Below, one piece after another: positions 1 through 8,556 of a DNA stretch of 64,000 bases (positions within the stretch are counted from its first letter, which is position 1; every line of letters starts with the position of its first letter). Under the pieces are notes generated by a model. It had not been told where the DNA came from and searched no databases. It saw only the letters and a list, made by a program, of their open reading frames with translations. The stretch is from Peptococcaceae bacterium (lineage in GTDB: Bacteria > Bacillota > UBA994). The stretch is from contig JAGXSS010000107.1 in the NCBI GenBank assembly GCA_018334055.1, positions 42,211 through 106,210 of the forward strand. The letters run 5' to 3'. The position numbers were made by a program, and so were the translations under genes.

Positions 1-205
1 AGTGCCCCGCGCCAAACATACCGTAGCCGCCAAGCAAGTCAAGGTACTGATCCCCTTTGATATCGGTGACCGTACTGCCCCTTGCTTCCCACTCGACGGT
101 GGCCAAGCCCATGTAACGGAAAAGACGCGACAAACCAGGATTCAAGTAGCGCTCATATTTTTCAATAATCTCTTCGGCCATCAATGTGGCATCTGTATGT
201 ACCAT
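1..205 (-). CDS. Class III PLP-dependent aminotransferase (acetylornithine/ornithine/GABA aminotransferase family), N-terminal fragment. The gene continues past the left edge of the window.
   Basis: Minus-strand translation from the ATG at 205..203 reads MVHTDATLMAEEIIEKYERYLNPGLSRLFRYMGLATVEWEARGSTVTDIKGDQYLDLLGGYGMFGAGH, a typical class-III aminotransferase N-terminus. A GGAGGG Shine-Dalgarno sits 6-8 nt upstream. It is absent from the ORF track because there is no in-window stop. Confidence 0.6.
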   Translation of the reverse strand, partial: MVHTDATLMAEEIIEKYERYLNPGLSRLFRYMGLATVEWEARGSTVTDIKGDQYLDLLGGYGMFGAGH

Positions 206-319
206 GTTTATCCCTCCTACGTCATCCTTACCACATAAATTGTACACTACCTAGTGTACAAATCAAATAAAAAACCACTCCCCCAGCGAATCGCATCAGG
301 AAGTGGTCTTCATAACAAA

Positions 320-397
320 TGGTCGGGCTGACAGGACTTGAACCTGCGACCTCTTGCACCCCAAGCAAGCGCGCTAGCCAAACTGCGCTACAGCCCG
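320..397 (-). tRNA. tRNA-Pro (anticodon GGG)
   Basis: The reverse complement folds as a cloverleaf: acceptor CGGGCTG/CAGCCCG, D-stem GCGC/GCGC, anticodon stem CTTGC/GCAAG with loop TTGGGGT (anticodon GGG), T-stem GCAGG/CCTGT with T-loop TTCAAGT, discriminator A and an encoded CCA. It is 78 nt long. Confidence 0.8.
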
Positions 398-452
398 TCG
401 CTTGCTTATTATAGCCTAGAGGTGCATGTTTGGCAAGCAAAATGCCTTTTTG

Positions 453-1931
453 CTAAAGAATTATCGCAATCAACCCGCCGCTGCCTTCGTTGACTATGCG
501 CCGTAAGCACTCCCGCAGTTTGCCCTGGGCGTCGTCAGGCATGGTCAAGAGCTTATTCTGAATGCCTTCGCGGACTAGGTGTTGCAATGATTTGCCGAAG
601 ATATTGGCCTCCCACAACTTCTCTGGGTTAGCTTCAAATTCGTCAACCAAGTACTTGATTAACTCCTCGCTCTGCTTCTCCGTGCCCACAATGGGGGCGA
701 CTTCACTTTCGACATCGACGCGGATGATGTGGAACGAGGGCGCGGTCGCTCTTAGTCGTACCCCAAAGCGATTCCCCTGTCTGATAATTTCGGGTTGATC
801 AAGGGCCATCTCTTCTAAACTGGGAGGCGATATGCCGTAACCGGCCACGCGGGAATCACGATAGGCATGACGAATCCGTTCGTACTCGCGCTTGCTGACA
901 GTTAAAATCTTTAATAAGCGCATAATGGTGTCTTGACCGCGCACCTCTTCTCCGGCGGCCTCGGTGAGAGCATCATAGTAAAGATGCTCGGGCGTGGTCA
1001 GCTCTATCTTAGCCACCCCATTGGCTAGGTCTATTTGTTGCAACACGACCTCTTGCACGGCGTCACACATGCTCAATTCTTCGATGAGGCGGTCGATGTC
1101 TCTGAGTCGAGTCACTATTTTGACACCATCGCTGACGGCTTCTTCCAGCTTGGTTCGCAAATAGTGCTTTTTTTCTAACACCTCAATCCAAGTTGGCAGA
1201 GATATCCTCACATCTTTTACCGGGAATTCATAAAGCGCTTCTTTGAGCACTGTAGCTATGTCTTCCTCGGTCAGCTTGGCGCAATTGAGGGCTAAGACTG
1301 TGAGGTCTAATCTCTTCTCAAGTTCATTCCTGAGTTGAAGGGTCTCGGGATCATTGGGGCGACTAGAATTAAGTATGAGTAAGAATGGTTTACCAATCCG
1401 CTTGAGTTCATCCACCACGCGCTCTTCGGCTGCGACAAATTCTTCCCGAGCAATGTCGGAAAATGAGCCGTCGGCGGTGATAACTATGCCCACGGTAGAG
1501 TGGTCTTCGATGACCTTTTGGGTGCCGATTTCAGCGGCGGCCTCAAACGTTATTGGTTCGTCGTGCCATGGCGTTTGCACCATCCGCGGCCCACTCTCGT
1601 CGGCATAGCCACGGGCCCCCTTGACGGCATACCCCACGCAATCTACGAGACGTATTCTTGCTGACAGACCAGGTTTAAGTACTAGTTCAACTGCTTCATC
1701 TGGGATGAACTTCGGCTCCACTGTCATAATAGTGCGCCCTGCTCCACTTTGCGGCAATTCATCCCTTGTTCTTTCCCTAACATTATCATCATCTATGTTA
1801 GGGAGCACCAAGAGCTCCATGAAGCGCTTGATAAAGGTGGACTTACCAGTGCGCACGGGACCCACAATACCAAGGTAGATGTCTCCGCCGGTTCTCTCAG
1901 CCATGTCCTTCAGTAAATCAAACTGAGCCAT
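453..1931 (-). CDS. spoIVA: Stage IV sporulation protein A (spore coat morphogenetic ATPase)
   Basis: The 492-aa product (the B. subtilis SpoIVA is also 492 aa) has the N-terminus MAQFDLLKDMAERTGGDIYLGIVGPVRTGKSTFIKRFME with a Walker A motif. The ORF-track start is a TTG two codons upstream. The ATG at 1931 is preceded by GGAGGGGAG. Confidence 0.9.
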   Translation of the reverse strand: MAQFDLLKDMAERTGGDIYLGIVGPVRTGKSTFIKRFMELLVLPNIDDDNVRERTRDELPQSGAGRTIMTVEPKFIPDEAVELVLKPGLSARIRLVDCVGYAVKGARGYADESGPRMVQTPWHDEPITFEAAAEIGTQKVIEDHSTVGIVITADGSFSDIAREEFVAAEERVVDELKRIGKPFLLILNSSRPNDPETLQLRNELEKRLDLTVLALNCAKLTEEDIATVLKEALYEFPVKDVRISLPTWIEVLEKKHYLRTKLEEAVSDGVKIVTRLRDIDRLIEELSMCDAVQEVVLQQIDLANGVAKIELTTPEHLYYDALTEAAGEEVRGQDTIMRLLKILTVSKREYERIRHAYRDSRVAGYGISPPSLEEMALDQPEIIRQGNRFGVRLRATAPSFHIIRVDVESEVAPIVGTEKQSEELIKYLVDEFEANPEKLWEANIFGKSLQHLVREGIQNKLLTMPDDAQGKLRECLRRIVNEGSGGLIAIIL

Positions 1932-2055
1932 GAACAACCACTCCCCTCCATTTCTCCAAGCACTGCTTCACGAGTGACCCTGCGTCTTACCTCACACCAA
2001 GTTGCAAGGCTTGGTCAGTAATATATATTCAGGGAGCGCCGTGATATACCCATGC

Positions 2056-2084
2056 AGAAGAAAAACGTGGGTTACCCCACGTCA
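2056..2084 (-). terminator. Rho-independent terminator downstream of gpsA
   Basis: On the minus strand the sequence reads GACGTGGGGTAACCCACGTTTTTCTTCTGC, a GC-rich hairpin followed by a T-run. Confidence 0.6.
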
Positions 2085-2089
2085 CGGAT

Positions 2090-3109
2090 TTAAAATGGCA
2101 ACTGTTCCTCTGTCTCATTCTTGCGCTGCCTAGTCATCAGGTCATGAACGGCATCCCGCGGATTGCGCTTTTCATACAACACTTCGTGCAGGGCCTCGGC
2201 AATGGGGAGTTCTACTTGATTGTCGCGCCCCAGTCTACAAGCCGCAAGCGTGGCACTCACGCCCTCCACTACCTGCGGTGAACCCTGAAGAATCTCTTCT
2301 AACGATTTCCCTTGTCCCAGGGCGAGACCTGTCCGACGGTTGCGGCTGTGCGGGCTGGTACAGGTAACAATTAGGTCGCCCATACCAGATAGACCCGCAA
2401 AGGTCGACGGCTCTGCACCAAGCGCTCGCCCTAACCGCACCATCTCGGTTAGCCCCCTGGTCATTAGGGCAGCTTTAGTATTGTCACCGTAACCCAACCC
2501 ATCAGCAATGCCAGCCGCTAAGGCATAGACATTTTTCAAGGCGCCTCCCAATTCAACTCCCATCAAATCAGCATTGGTATATATGCGGAAATAACCAGTC
2601 ATCAGCATGTCCTGGACAAATGACCCAACTACAAGGTCACCCGCTACCACCGTTGCCGCAGGCAATCCCTGCGCAATCTCCACCGCATGATTAGGACCGG
2701 AAATCACGGCAATGGGATGCCCCGGACCGAGGATATTCCCCAGTAAACGAGACAATCGCGAACCTGATTTCATGTCAAAGCCTTTGGCAGCATTGACAAC
2801 GGCAGTGCCGGTCCTGAGATGAGGCTTTAACAGCTGTACCGTATCGCCGACAAAGGCCGAAGGCGTAGCCACAATGATCAATTGACAGTCGCCGAAAACG
2901 GCAAAGTCACTCACCGGGTCTATGTTATCCGGCAGCTTAATGCCCGGCAGAAATAGATTGTTAGTGCGATCCTGCTCTATTTCTTGGCGCAATCGATCTT
3001 CGCGCACCCATAAGCAGACCTTGCGGCAGTTCTCTGCAGCGACCTTCGCCAAGGCCGTCCCCCAACCGCCAGCACCAATGATGCCAACCTTTATGTTTCT
3101 ATCGTTCAT
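2090..3109 (-). CDS. gpsA: NAD(P)H-dependent glycerol-3-phosphate dehydrogenase
   Basis: The N-terminus is KVGIIGAGGWGTALA (Rossmann fold) and the 339-aa length fits. Synteny der-gpsA-spoIVA matches B. subtilis. Confidence 0.9.
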   Translation of the reverse strand: MNDRNIKVGIIGAGGWGTALAKVAAENCRKVCLWVREDRLRQEIEQDRTNNLFLPGIKLPDNIDPVSDFAVFGDCQLIIVATPSAFVGDTVQLLKPHLRTGTAVVNAAKGFDMKSGSRLSRLLGNILGPGHPIAVISGPNHAVEIAQGLPAATVVAGDLVVGSFVQDMLMTGYFRIYTNADLMGVELGGALKNVYALAAGIADGLGYGDNTKAALMTRGLTEMVRLGRALGAEPSTFAGLSGMGDLIVTCTSPHSRNRRTGLALGQGKSLEEILQGSPQVVEGVSATLAACRLGRDNQVELPIAEALHEVLYEKRNPRDAVHDLMTRQRKNETEEQLPF

Positions 3110-3114
3110 GCCCT

Positions 3115-4428
3115 CTATTCCTTCTTTCTCGCTATCAGCACAATGGGAGTGCCGACAAAGGCATAGACTTCACGCAAGCGATTTTCTAGAAAACGCTTGT
3201 AGCTGAAATGCAACAGTTCGGGTTCATTGACGAGGAAAAGAAATGTCGGGGGTTGCACACTGACCTGAGTCACATAGCCGATCTTCAGGCGCTTCCCTTT
3301 TTCGGAAGGTGGCGGTGTCACCAAGGTGGCTTCGAGTACCAGTTCCATGAGGGCACTAGTGGAGATCTTCTTTCTTTGTTCCTCTCGCACCTCATTGACG
3401 AGTTCTAAAATCTTCTGCACTCGTTGACCGGTCTTGGCGGAAACAAATAACACCGGAGCATAATCGGCAAACAAAAGCTCTGCTTTTAGTTTTTTAGCAA
3501 ATTGGTCCGCAGTCTTATGATCTTTTACAATCAAGTCCCACTTATTGACCACATAGATGAGGCCCTTCCCGCGCTCATGCGCATAACCGACAATTTTTTT
3601 ATCTTGCTCCAGCACACCCTCCGTAGCGTCGATGACCATCAGGCAAACATCCGATTTATCGACCGCACGCAGACTGCGAACCACGCTATACCGCTCAATG
3701 TCCTCTCTGACCTTTGACTTCCGGCGCAGGCCCGCTGTGTCAACGATGACATAGCGCTTGCCTTCCCTCTCAAAAAGAGTATCAATGGCATCACGCGTAG
3801 TGCCGGGGGTATCACTGACTATTACTCTATTTTCCCCAAGGATACTGTTCACTAGGGATGATTTCCCAACATTAGGTCTGCCAATAACGGCCATCTTAAT
3901 GACATCCGCACCATAGATCGGTTCTTCATCTTCAGGTAGAGCACTCACAATGGCGTCCAGAAAGTCTCCCAAGTTTAAACCGTTAACTGCCGAAATGGGG
4001 ATGGGCTCGCCCAAGCCTAGGGTAAAGAAATCTGTGGCGTGAGGAAAAAGGGCTGGTACATCTAGCTTATTCACGACTAACAAAACGGGCTTCCTAGTAT
4101 TACGTAAAAGTTCTGCCACATCTCTATCGGCTGCCGTCACACCTTGCCGTCCATCCACCAAAAAAATTACCAAGTCGGCTGCTTCGACCGCCATAGTGGC
4201 TTGAAAACGCATTTGCTCTAATATAGAATCCTCGGCACCAAAAGTAATCCCGCCGGTATCGATTAGGGTAAAATTTCTTCCGGTCCATTCGACATCAGCA
4301 TAAATGCGATCGCGAGTGACCCCGGGCGAGTCTTCTACTATCGAAATACGCTGTCCGACCAAGTAGTTAAAAAGGGTGGATTTACCGACATTAGGCCGGC
4401 CAACAATAGCAACATACGACATAGTCAA
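3115..4428 (-). CDS. der: Ribosome-biogenesis GTPase Der (EngA), with two GTPase domains
   Basis: There are two G domains (IVGRPNVGKSTLFN and AVIGRPNVGKSSLVN), a KH-like C-terminus, and a length of 437 aa. Confidence 0.9.
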   Translation of the reverse strand: MTMSYVAIVGRPNVGKSTLFNYLVGQRISIVEDSPGVTRDRIYADVEWTGRNFTLIDTGGITFGAEDSILEQMRFQATMAVEAADLVIFLVDGRQGVTAADRDVAELLRNTRKPVLLVVNKLDVPALFPHATDFFTLGLGEPIPISAVNGLNLGDFLDAIVSALPEDEEPIYGADVIKMAVIGRPNVGKSSLVNSILGENRVIVSDTPGTTRDAIDTLFEREGKRYVIVDTAGLRRKSKVREDIERYSVVRSLRAVDKSDVCLMVIDATEGVLEQDKKIVGYAHERGKGLIYVVNKWDLIVKDHKTADQFAKKLKAELLFADYAPVLFVSAKTGQRVQKILELVNEVREEQRKKISTSALMELVLEATLVTPPPSEKGKRLKIGYVTQVSVQPPTFLFLVNEPELLHFSYKRFLENRLREVYAFVGTPIVLIARKKE

Positions 4429-5736
4429 TCACTCCTTAAGACCGAGGGTCAACTTCACTAAGTCTTCCCCCGTAGTCCGACAAACAGCAAGAATTAATTC
4501 AGGAAACGAGGACTGTAGCTCTAGGAAGGTAGTATCATCCAAAAATTTCCCCTCGCGCAGGGTGATGTCGGGTATAAGAACACGGGTCCTCGGGAAAATC
4601 TGAGCCATACTCAAGGCCAAGGCGATATCTCGCCCCCCCAACAAACCGGTAACAGTGACGCCTCCGCCAAACAACAGGTTCGGCACGGTAAGCACATCGA
4701 CAAAAACTTGGTGCCGCGCATTAATTTCATGCTGCAAGCGCTGCAAACATATGGCCGATGCCATACCCGTCACCCATAGAACTGGGCTTTCCGGCCTGCG
4801 GCGCTGCCCAACAGCAGCTAGGGTGCGTAAAAAATCATCTCTGAATAACCTAGATATGCCAACCCCGTTTTCGAGCTGGGGGAAGTCATCATAGGAGCTA
4901 GACCTTGGGAAGTCAGTCTCAGCTAAGACGTAGAACTCATCCGCCGCATAAACCAAGGTGCGGCCGAACTTGCGGCGGGCGCGTACACGGAATTTTTCGA
5001 GGCGAAGCAATACCTCCCGCGCACTATCCTTGTTGAAACGGTTTAATTCTGGCAACCCCTGACGATGTCCGGTTAGGCCGACAGGCACGACCGCGATGGA
5101 ATCCACCCCAGGATGAAGCGCCACGAGATCAGCAATGCTACGTTCAAGTTCCGCACCGTCATTTGTCCCGGGGATCAGCACAAGTTGAACATGGACAGAA
5201 ATACCATGTGCGACTAACTCCCGGACTTGCTCCATGATCATTGCCGCTCGCGGATTTCCCATTATTTCCACTCTCAGTTTTGGATTGGTCGAATGCACCG
5301 ACACATAGATCGGCGATATGCCTTCCTGCAACAAGCGCCGCCATTCCTCCTCCGGAATATTGGTGAGGGTCACGAAGGAGCCATAGACCAGTGATAGGCG
5401 ATAATCGTCGTCCTTAACATAGAGAGATTGGCGCTGTCCTGGGGGCATTTGCTTAACGAAACAAAAGAGGCAGTTATTCTCACAGGTGTGTAACTCGTCT
5501 AGGGTAGCAGTAGCAAATACAACCCCGATGTCCTCACCTGAACGATGCCGCACTAAGTAAGTTCTTCTTGCACCTGCTACTTCCGCGGCAATCTGCATTG
5601 ATGGAAAGGCCAATGCTTGCTTCCAGCTGATAATATCTCTAATTTCCATTTCATTGACCTGCACTATTTTCATCCCTGCACGAAGTCCGGCTCTTGCCGC
5701 CCTCGAGCCAGGAATTACTTCGATAATAACCCCCAC
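4429..5736 (-). CDS. Radical SAM protein with N-terminal PDZ-like domain and C-terminal DUF512-type domain
   Basis: It carries a CENNCLFC (CX3CX2C) radical-SAM cluster motif and a PDZ-like N-terminus (GSRAARAGLRAGMKIVQVNE). The GTG start has a GGAGG SD. Its stop abuts the der start (4428/4429). Confidence 0.7.
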   Translation of the reverse strand: MGVIIEVIPGSRAARAGLRAGMKIVQVNEMEIRDIISWKQALAFPSMQIAAEVAGARRTYLVRHRSGEDIGVVFATATLDELHTCENNCLFCFVKQMPPGQRQSLYVKDDDYRLSLVYGSFVTLTNIPEEEWRRLLQEGISPIYVSVHSTNPKLRVEIMGNPRAAMIMEQVRELVAHGISVHVQLVLIPGTNDGAELERSIADLVALHPGVDSIAVVPVGLTGHRQGLPELNRFNKDSAREVLLRLEKFRVRARRKFGRTLVYAADEFYVLAETDFPRSSSYDDFPQLENGVGISRLFRDDFLRTLAAVGQRRRPESPVLWVTGMASAICLQRLQHEINARHQVFVDVLTVPNLLFGGGVTVTGLLGGRDIALALSMAQIFPRTRVLIPDITLREGKFLDDTTFLELQSSFPELILAVCRTTGEDLVKLTLGLKE

Positions 5737-5775
5737 ATTATGCCTCCATCATCAGCCTTTACACGACATTATCCC

Positions 5776-6252
5776 CTACCGTCTCCACGTAGTCAATCCC
5801 TTCATATCCTCTTCTACCCTGCTCAGCAGAATTTTGAAGCAGGCAAAATTGGCGACGATGCCATAAGCGCAAAGATGTCTACCTAGGGCAACCAAACCAC
5901 AGCGTCGGGATAGAAACCCCCCCACCCTAATCGATAAATTTACACATTGCAAGGCGTCAATGATCAGGACATCTTTTTGCTGCATCCCCCTGGCCTGCAA
6001 AAACAGGCGGAGCGCGCTTAAAGTGGCTTGCCGTGCGGGACCAAGCGAGACAATGTATACATTGTTTTGTTGGTGGTCTTGCCCGTAAAATAAGACACGG
6101 CCCAACGATTTGGCGGGTGTACGATCAAAATGAGGGAGAGAAATAATCTCCCTCAGGCAAGGCTTCTTATTAATCCCGAGCATTCTTAGATGCATGGCAG
6201 CCGCCGTCACCGAAGTATGCGCACCTCCATAGCAGCAGTATATTATTTCCAA
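5776..6252 (-). CDS. Hypothetical protein, DUF3189-like, with an N-terminal IIYCCYGGAHTS motif
   Basis: The 158-aa ORF reads MEIIYCCYGGAHTSVTAAAMHL from its N-terminus. The start is TTG with no obvious SD. It overlaps the upstream paralogue by 10 nt in another frame. Confidence 0.45.
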   Translation of the reverse strand: MEIIYCCYGGAHTSVTAAAMHLRMLGINKKPCLREIISLPHFDRTPAKSLGRVLFYGQDHQQNNVYIVSLGPARQATLSALRLFLQARGMQQKDVLIIDALQCVNLSIRVGGFLSRRCGLVALGRHLCAYGIVANFACFKILLSRVEEDMKGLTTWRR

Positions 6253-6617
6253 TCGATGCTATGCTCAATCGTCCGCAGTTCGCTAGTGATGAGCCTCCTC
6301 TGATGGGGCATCTTACTAAACAAAAATGCTCGCCACTTAGCCAGAAACCCTTCCTGAACATAGATTGCCCTGAGGTGATTTGCGCCCCATACTTCCCCTG
6401 CCGTGAAAAAGAGATTGTCCACTATTTCGGGTTTTGCGCCGCTGCAAAAACAGATAACCGTTCCCTTGGGGTGTTTAAGCGACACATACTGACCAGGCGC
6501 GACTAATTGTGGCCATAGACGCGCGCACAGGACGGCGACGACCTCTGGATTTTTATGCACAAACGCCAAACCTGCGACTAAGGCAGCAAGCCCCACTTTG
6601 CTATGAAACACCATCAT
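6243..6617 (-). CDS. Hypothetical protein, a divergent paralogue of the downstream gene, with a VICFCSGAKPE motif
   Basis: The 124-aa ORF shares a hydrophobic-C-x-C-x-G-(G)-A motif with 5776..6252. Its start overlaps the spoIIP stop (ATGA). The SD is weak. Confidence 0.4.
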   Translation of the reverse strand: MMVFHSKVGLAALVAGLAFVHKNPEVVAVLCARLWPQLVAPGQYVSLKHPKGTVICFCSGAKPEIVDNLFFTAGEVWGANHLRAIYVQEGFLAKWRAFLFSKMPHQRRLITSELRTIEHSIDWK

Positions 6618-7789
6618 TTATTTTTTTTCCCAAATTTCAGGCTAAACTCCTCCGACACAAAGTGTCTCACCTTGCTATTCATTTCCTTGAGGCTCCCCGT
6701 ACTCAAAAAGAGATAGGCAAACCCACCCACAATTAACAGCCCGAGCACAAAGAAGAGGCTCCCACGGGCCGCGCCCCCCTCACGAGCGATCCCTGCTGCG
6801 TCAGCTGGACCTGCCGCGCCTAGATATGCAGCGAGTACTCCAGCCAATAAATTCGCGCCATCCTTGGCTTCCTCTCGCGTACTCTTATGCGTGCCTAACT
6901 CTAATAGGAGTGCGCGAGGGTGAAGTTCCTGATTGTAGCTACCCCTCCCGAAAAAAATGTCTCTCACTAACCTTGGATAACGCTTGTTTGCGGCGGCCAT
7001 TAGTTCTTGAGCGAATTTCTTGTTGGCGCGCATGTTAGGGTTTTGCCTTCCCACTACTAATCTAATCTGCGCCATTTCCCGTCCTTTAATTTTGGCGGTG
7101 TAGTACCGGCGCTCGAGGGCATCCCTATGCACATCTAGCAGGGCTTGCGGACTATGCTGCCTGATCATCTCCATAGCAGTGCGCCGCGAGCGCATGTAGG
7201 CTCTCTTATCATGGGGGTCGTGACTACGCTTGTTTTGCTCAACTTGGAACCCTTGCTTTTCGAGATTTCCCGTAAAACTTTCCCCCACGATAAAAATACC
7301 GCCGTTATCGCGAATGCTTGATGCGCCGTCGGATGGTAGATATGACTCTGCACTATGGGTGTGGTATATCGAAATGCGCACATTTTGACCGGCCTGGGCC
7401 CGTAGTGCCTCCGGCAGCACGCCTGTCCGCCCCCACTCCTCGAGAAAAGTAGAAAACCAAGCCGAGGGTTCTCCAACTGATTCCGTTCGCAAAAATCTAG
7501 CCTTGCCGATGAGTCCGTCCACTGCTACCACTTCATACAGACGATTATCGGCATTTTGGAACATATCTCCCACCACCACTACCCGCGCCGTATGAAAAAT
7601 CTCCTCCCCAGTCACTTCATCGACGACCGTAAAGTACTGTCCGTCTAACAGTTCACACATCACCTCGGGATGAATGGCGTCGTTGAGCAAAGCAGTTCTC
7701 GCCCAAAATGGTTCGATGGCGAGAGCAAGCAAGATGCTAACCACGGCGAACAAATAGATTTTAATTCCCTTACTTTTCATCGTCATCAT
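6614..7789 (-). CDS. spoIIP: Stage II sporulation protein P (SpoIIP-family cell-wall amidase/peptidase for engulfment)
   Basis: It has an N-terminal membrane anchor, the SpoIIP signature IYHTHSAESY, a length of 391 aa and a GGAGGG SD. Confidence 0.8.
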   Translation of the reverse strand: MMTMKSKGIKIYLFAVVSILLALAIEPFWARTALLNDAIHPEVMCELLDGQYFTVVDEVTGEEIFHTARVVVVGDMFQNADNRLYEVVAVDGLIGKARFLRTESVGEPSAWFSTFLEEWGRTGVLPEALRAQAGQNVRISIYHTHSAESYLPSDGASSIRDNGGIFIVGESFTGNLEKQGFQVEQNKRSHDPHDKRAYMRSRRTAMEMIRQHSPQALLDVHRDALERRYYTAKIKGREMAQIRLVVGRQNPNMRANKKFAQELMAAANKRYPRLVRDIFFGRGSYNQELHPRALLLELGTHKSTREEAKDGANLLAGVLAAYLGAAGPADAAGIAREGGAARGSLFFVLGLLIVGGFAYLFLSTGSLKEMNSKVRHFVSEEFSLKFGKKNK

Positions 7790-8450
7790 TCCCTCCTGGC
7801 ATCTTCAGACCCTGCGGGCGATCTGCGGTAATTGGTGCCGGTCCGCCGCGTAGTTTTTCGCGGGTTTCCCCAATTAACTCGGCAAGGAGCACCGCTATCA
7901 GTCCCGCCAAAACCACGGCATCAAAAATGCCCGCACCCCCAATTACTGTTTTCCCGGTGAAAGGACCCATTAAGAGCAGGATGCCGTAAACAACGTCATT
8001 GAGTACAATGCCCAGTACCCCCGCGATAAAGGCGCCTCGACGCGAACGCCCAAACAAATAGGCGGTAATGCCTGCGATAAGCGAGAATGTATAAATTGGA
8101 TCAAGCAGCATAGTTGCCGGATCTGACGGCAGATACGCCGAGACAAAGTACACCACGCCGGTAGTAGCTACAACTGCCAGCACAGTGCGCCAACGCTCTT
8201 TGTGGGTACCAGCCGTAACAAACAGGTACAAGCAAATGGCGATGGGTATAAACCCACCCCCCACATTGATGCTCAGGGTCCGCGCCAAGGGCAAATCCGG
8301 CAGCAGTCCTCCGACCAGCATCGCCAGCACAAGCACCAAGGCTGTTCTGTCATCCATCTTCATTCGGTCGAGCACTCGTTGGGCAATCCCCGACAAAATA
8401 AGGATAGTTACGATAACTAGAGCCAACAATCCAATGGGTAACCCGAGCAT
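7770..8450 (-). CDS. DUF1614-family polytopic membrane protein (YphB/SeaA-like position upstream of der)
   Basis: The product is multi-pass hydrophobic. I moved the start to the ATG at 8450 (MLGLPIGLL...), which has a strong AAGGAAGGAG SD. The track start at 8486 is a GTG without an SD. Confidence 0.6.
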   Translation of the reverse strand: MLGLPIGLLALVIVTILILSGIAQRVLDRMKMDDRTALVLVLAMLVGGLLPDLPLARTLSINVGGGFIPIAICLYLFVTAGTHKERWRTVLAVVATTGVVYFVSAYLPSDPATMLLDPIYTFSLIAGITAYLFGRSRRGAFIAGVLGIVLNDVVYGILLLMGPFTGKTVIGGAGIFDAVVLAGLIAVLLAELIGETREKLRGGPAPITADRPQGLKMPGGNDDDEK

Positions 8451-8496
8451 CAAAAGACTCCTTCCTTTTGAGTGACCGTCTCTCACGCTATCTTGC

Positions 8497-8548
8497 CCGT
8501 TTTTGTTTCAGAAAATCAAAAACACGCCGCAATATAGCGGCGTGTTTC
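8497..8548 (-). terminator. Rho-independent terminator downstream of ispH-rpsA
   Basis: The hairpin is AAACACGCCGCtatatTGCGGCGTGTTT, followed by TTTGATTTTCTG on the minus strand. Confidence 0.65.
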
Positions 8549-8556
8549 AGTAAGAT

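Noticed and set aside
228-440. 70-aa minus-strand ORF
   Set aside because: It overlaps the tRNA-Pro gene on the same strand, and its sequence is just the tRNA read as protein.
1938-2055. Sigma-E-type promoter for spoIVA (AATATAT ... CAACTTGG on the minus strand)
   Set aside because: It is only a weak match to kmATATT-N14-CATACAnT, so I did not assert it as a feature. The gpsA terminator in the same spacer is well supported.
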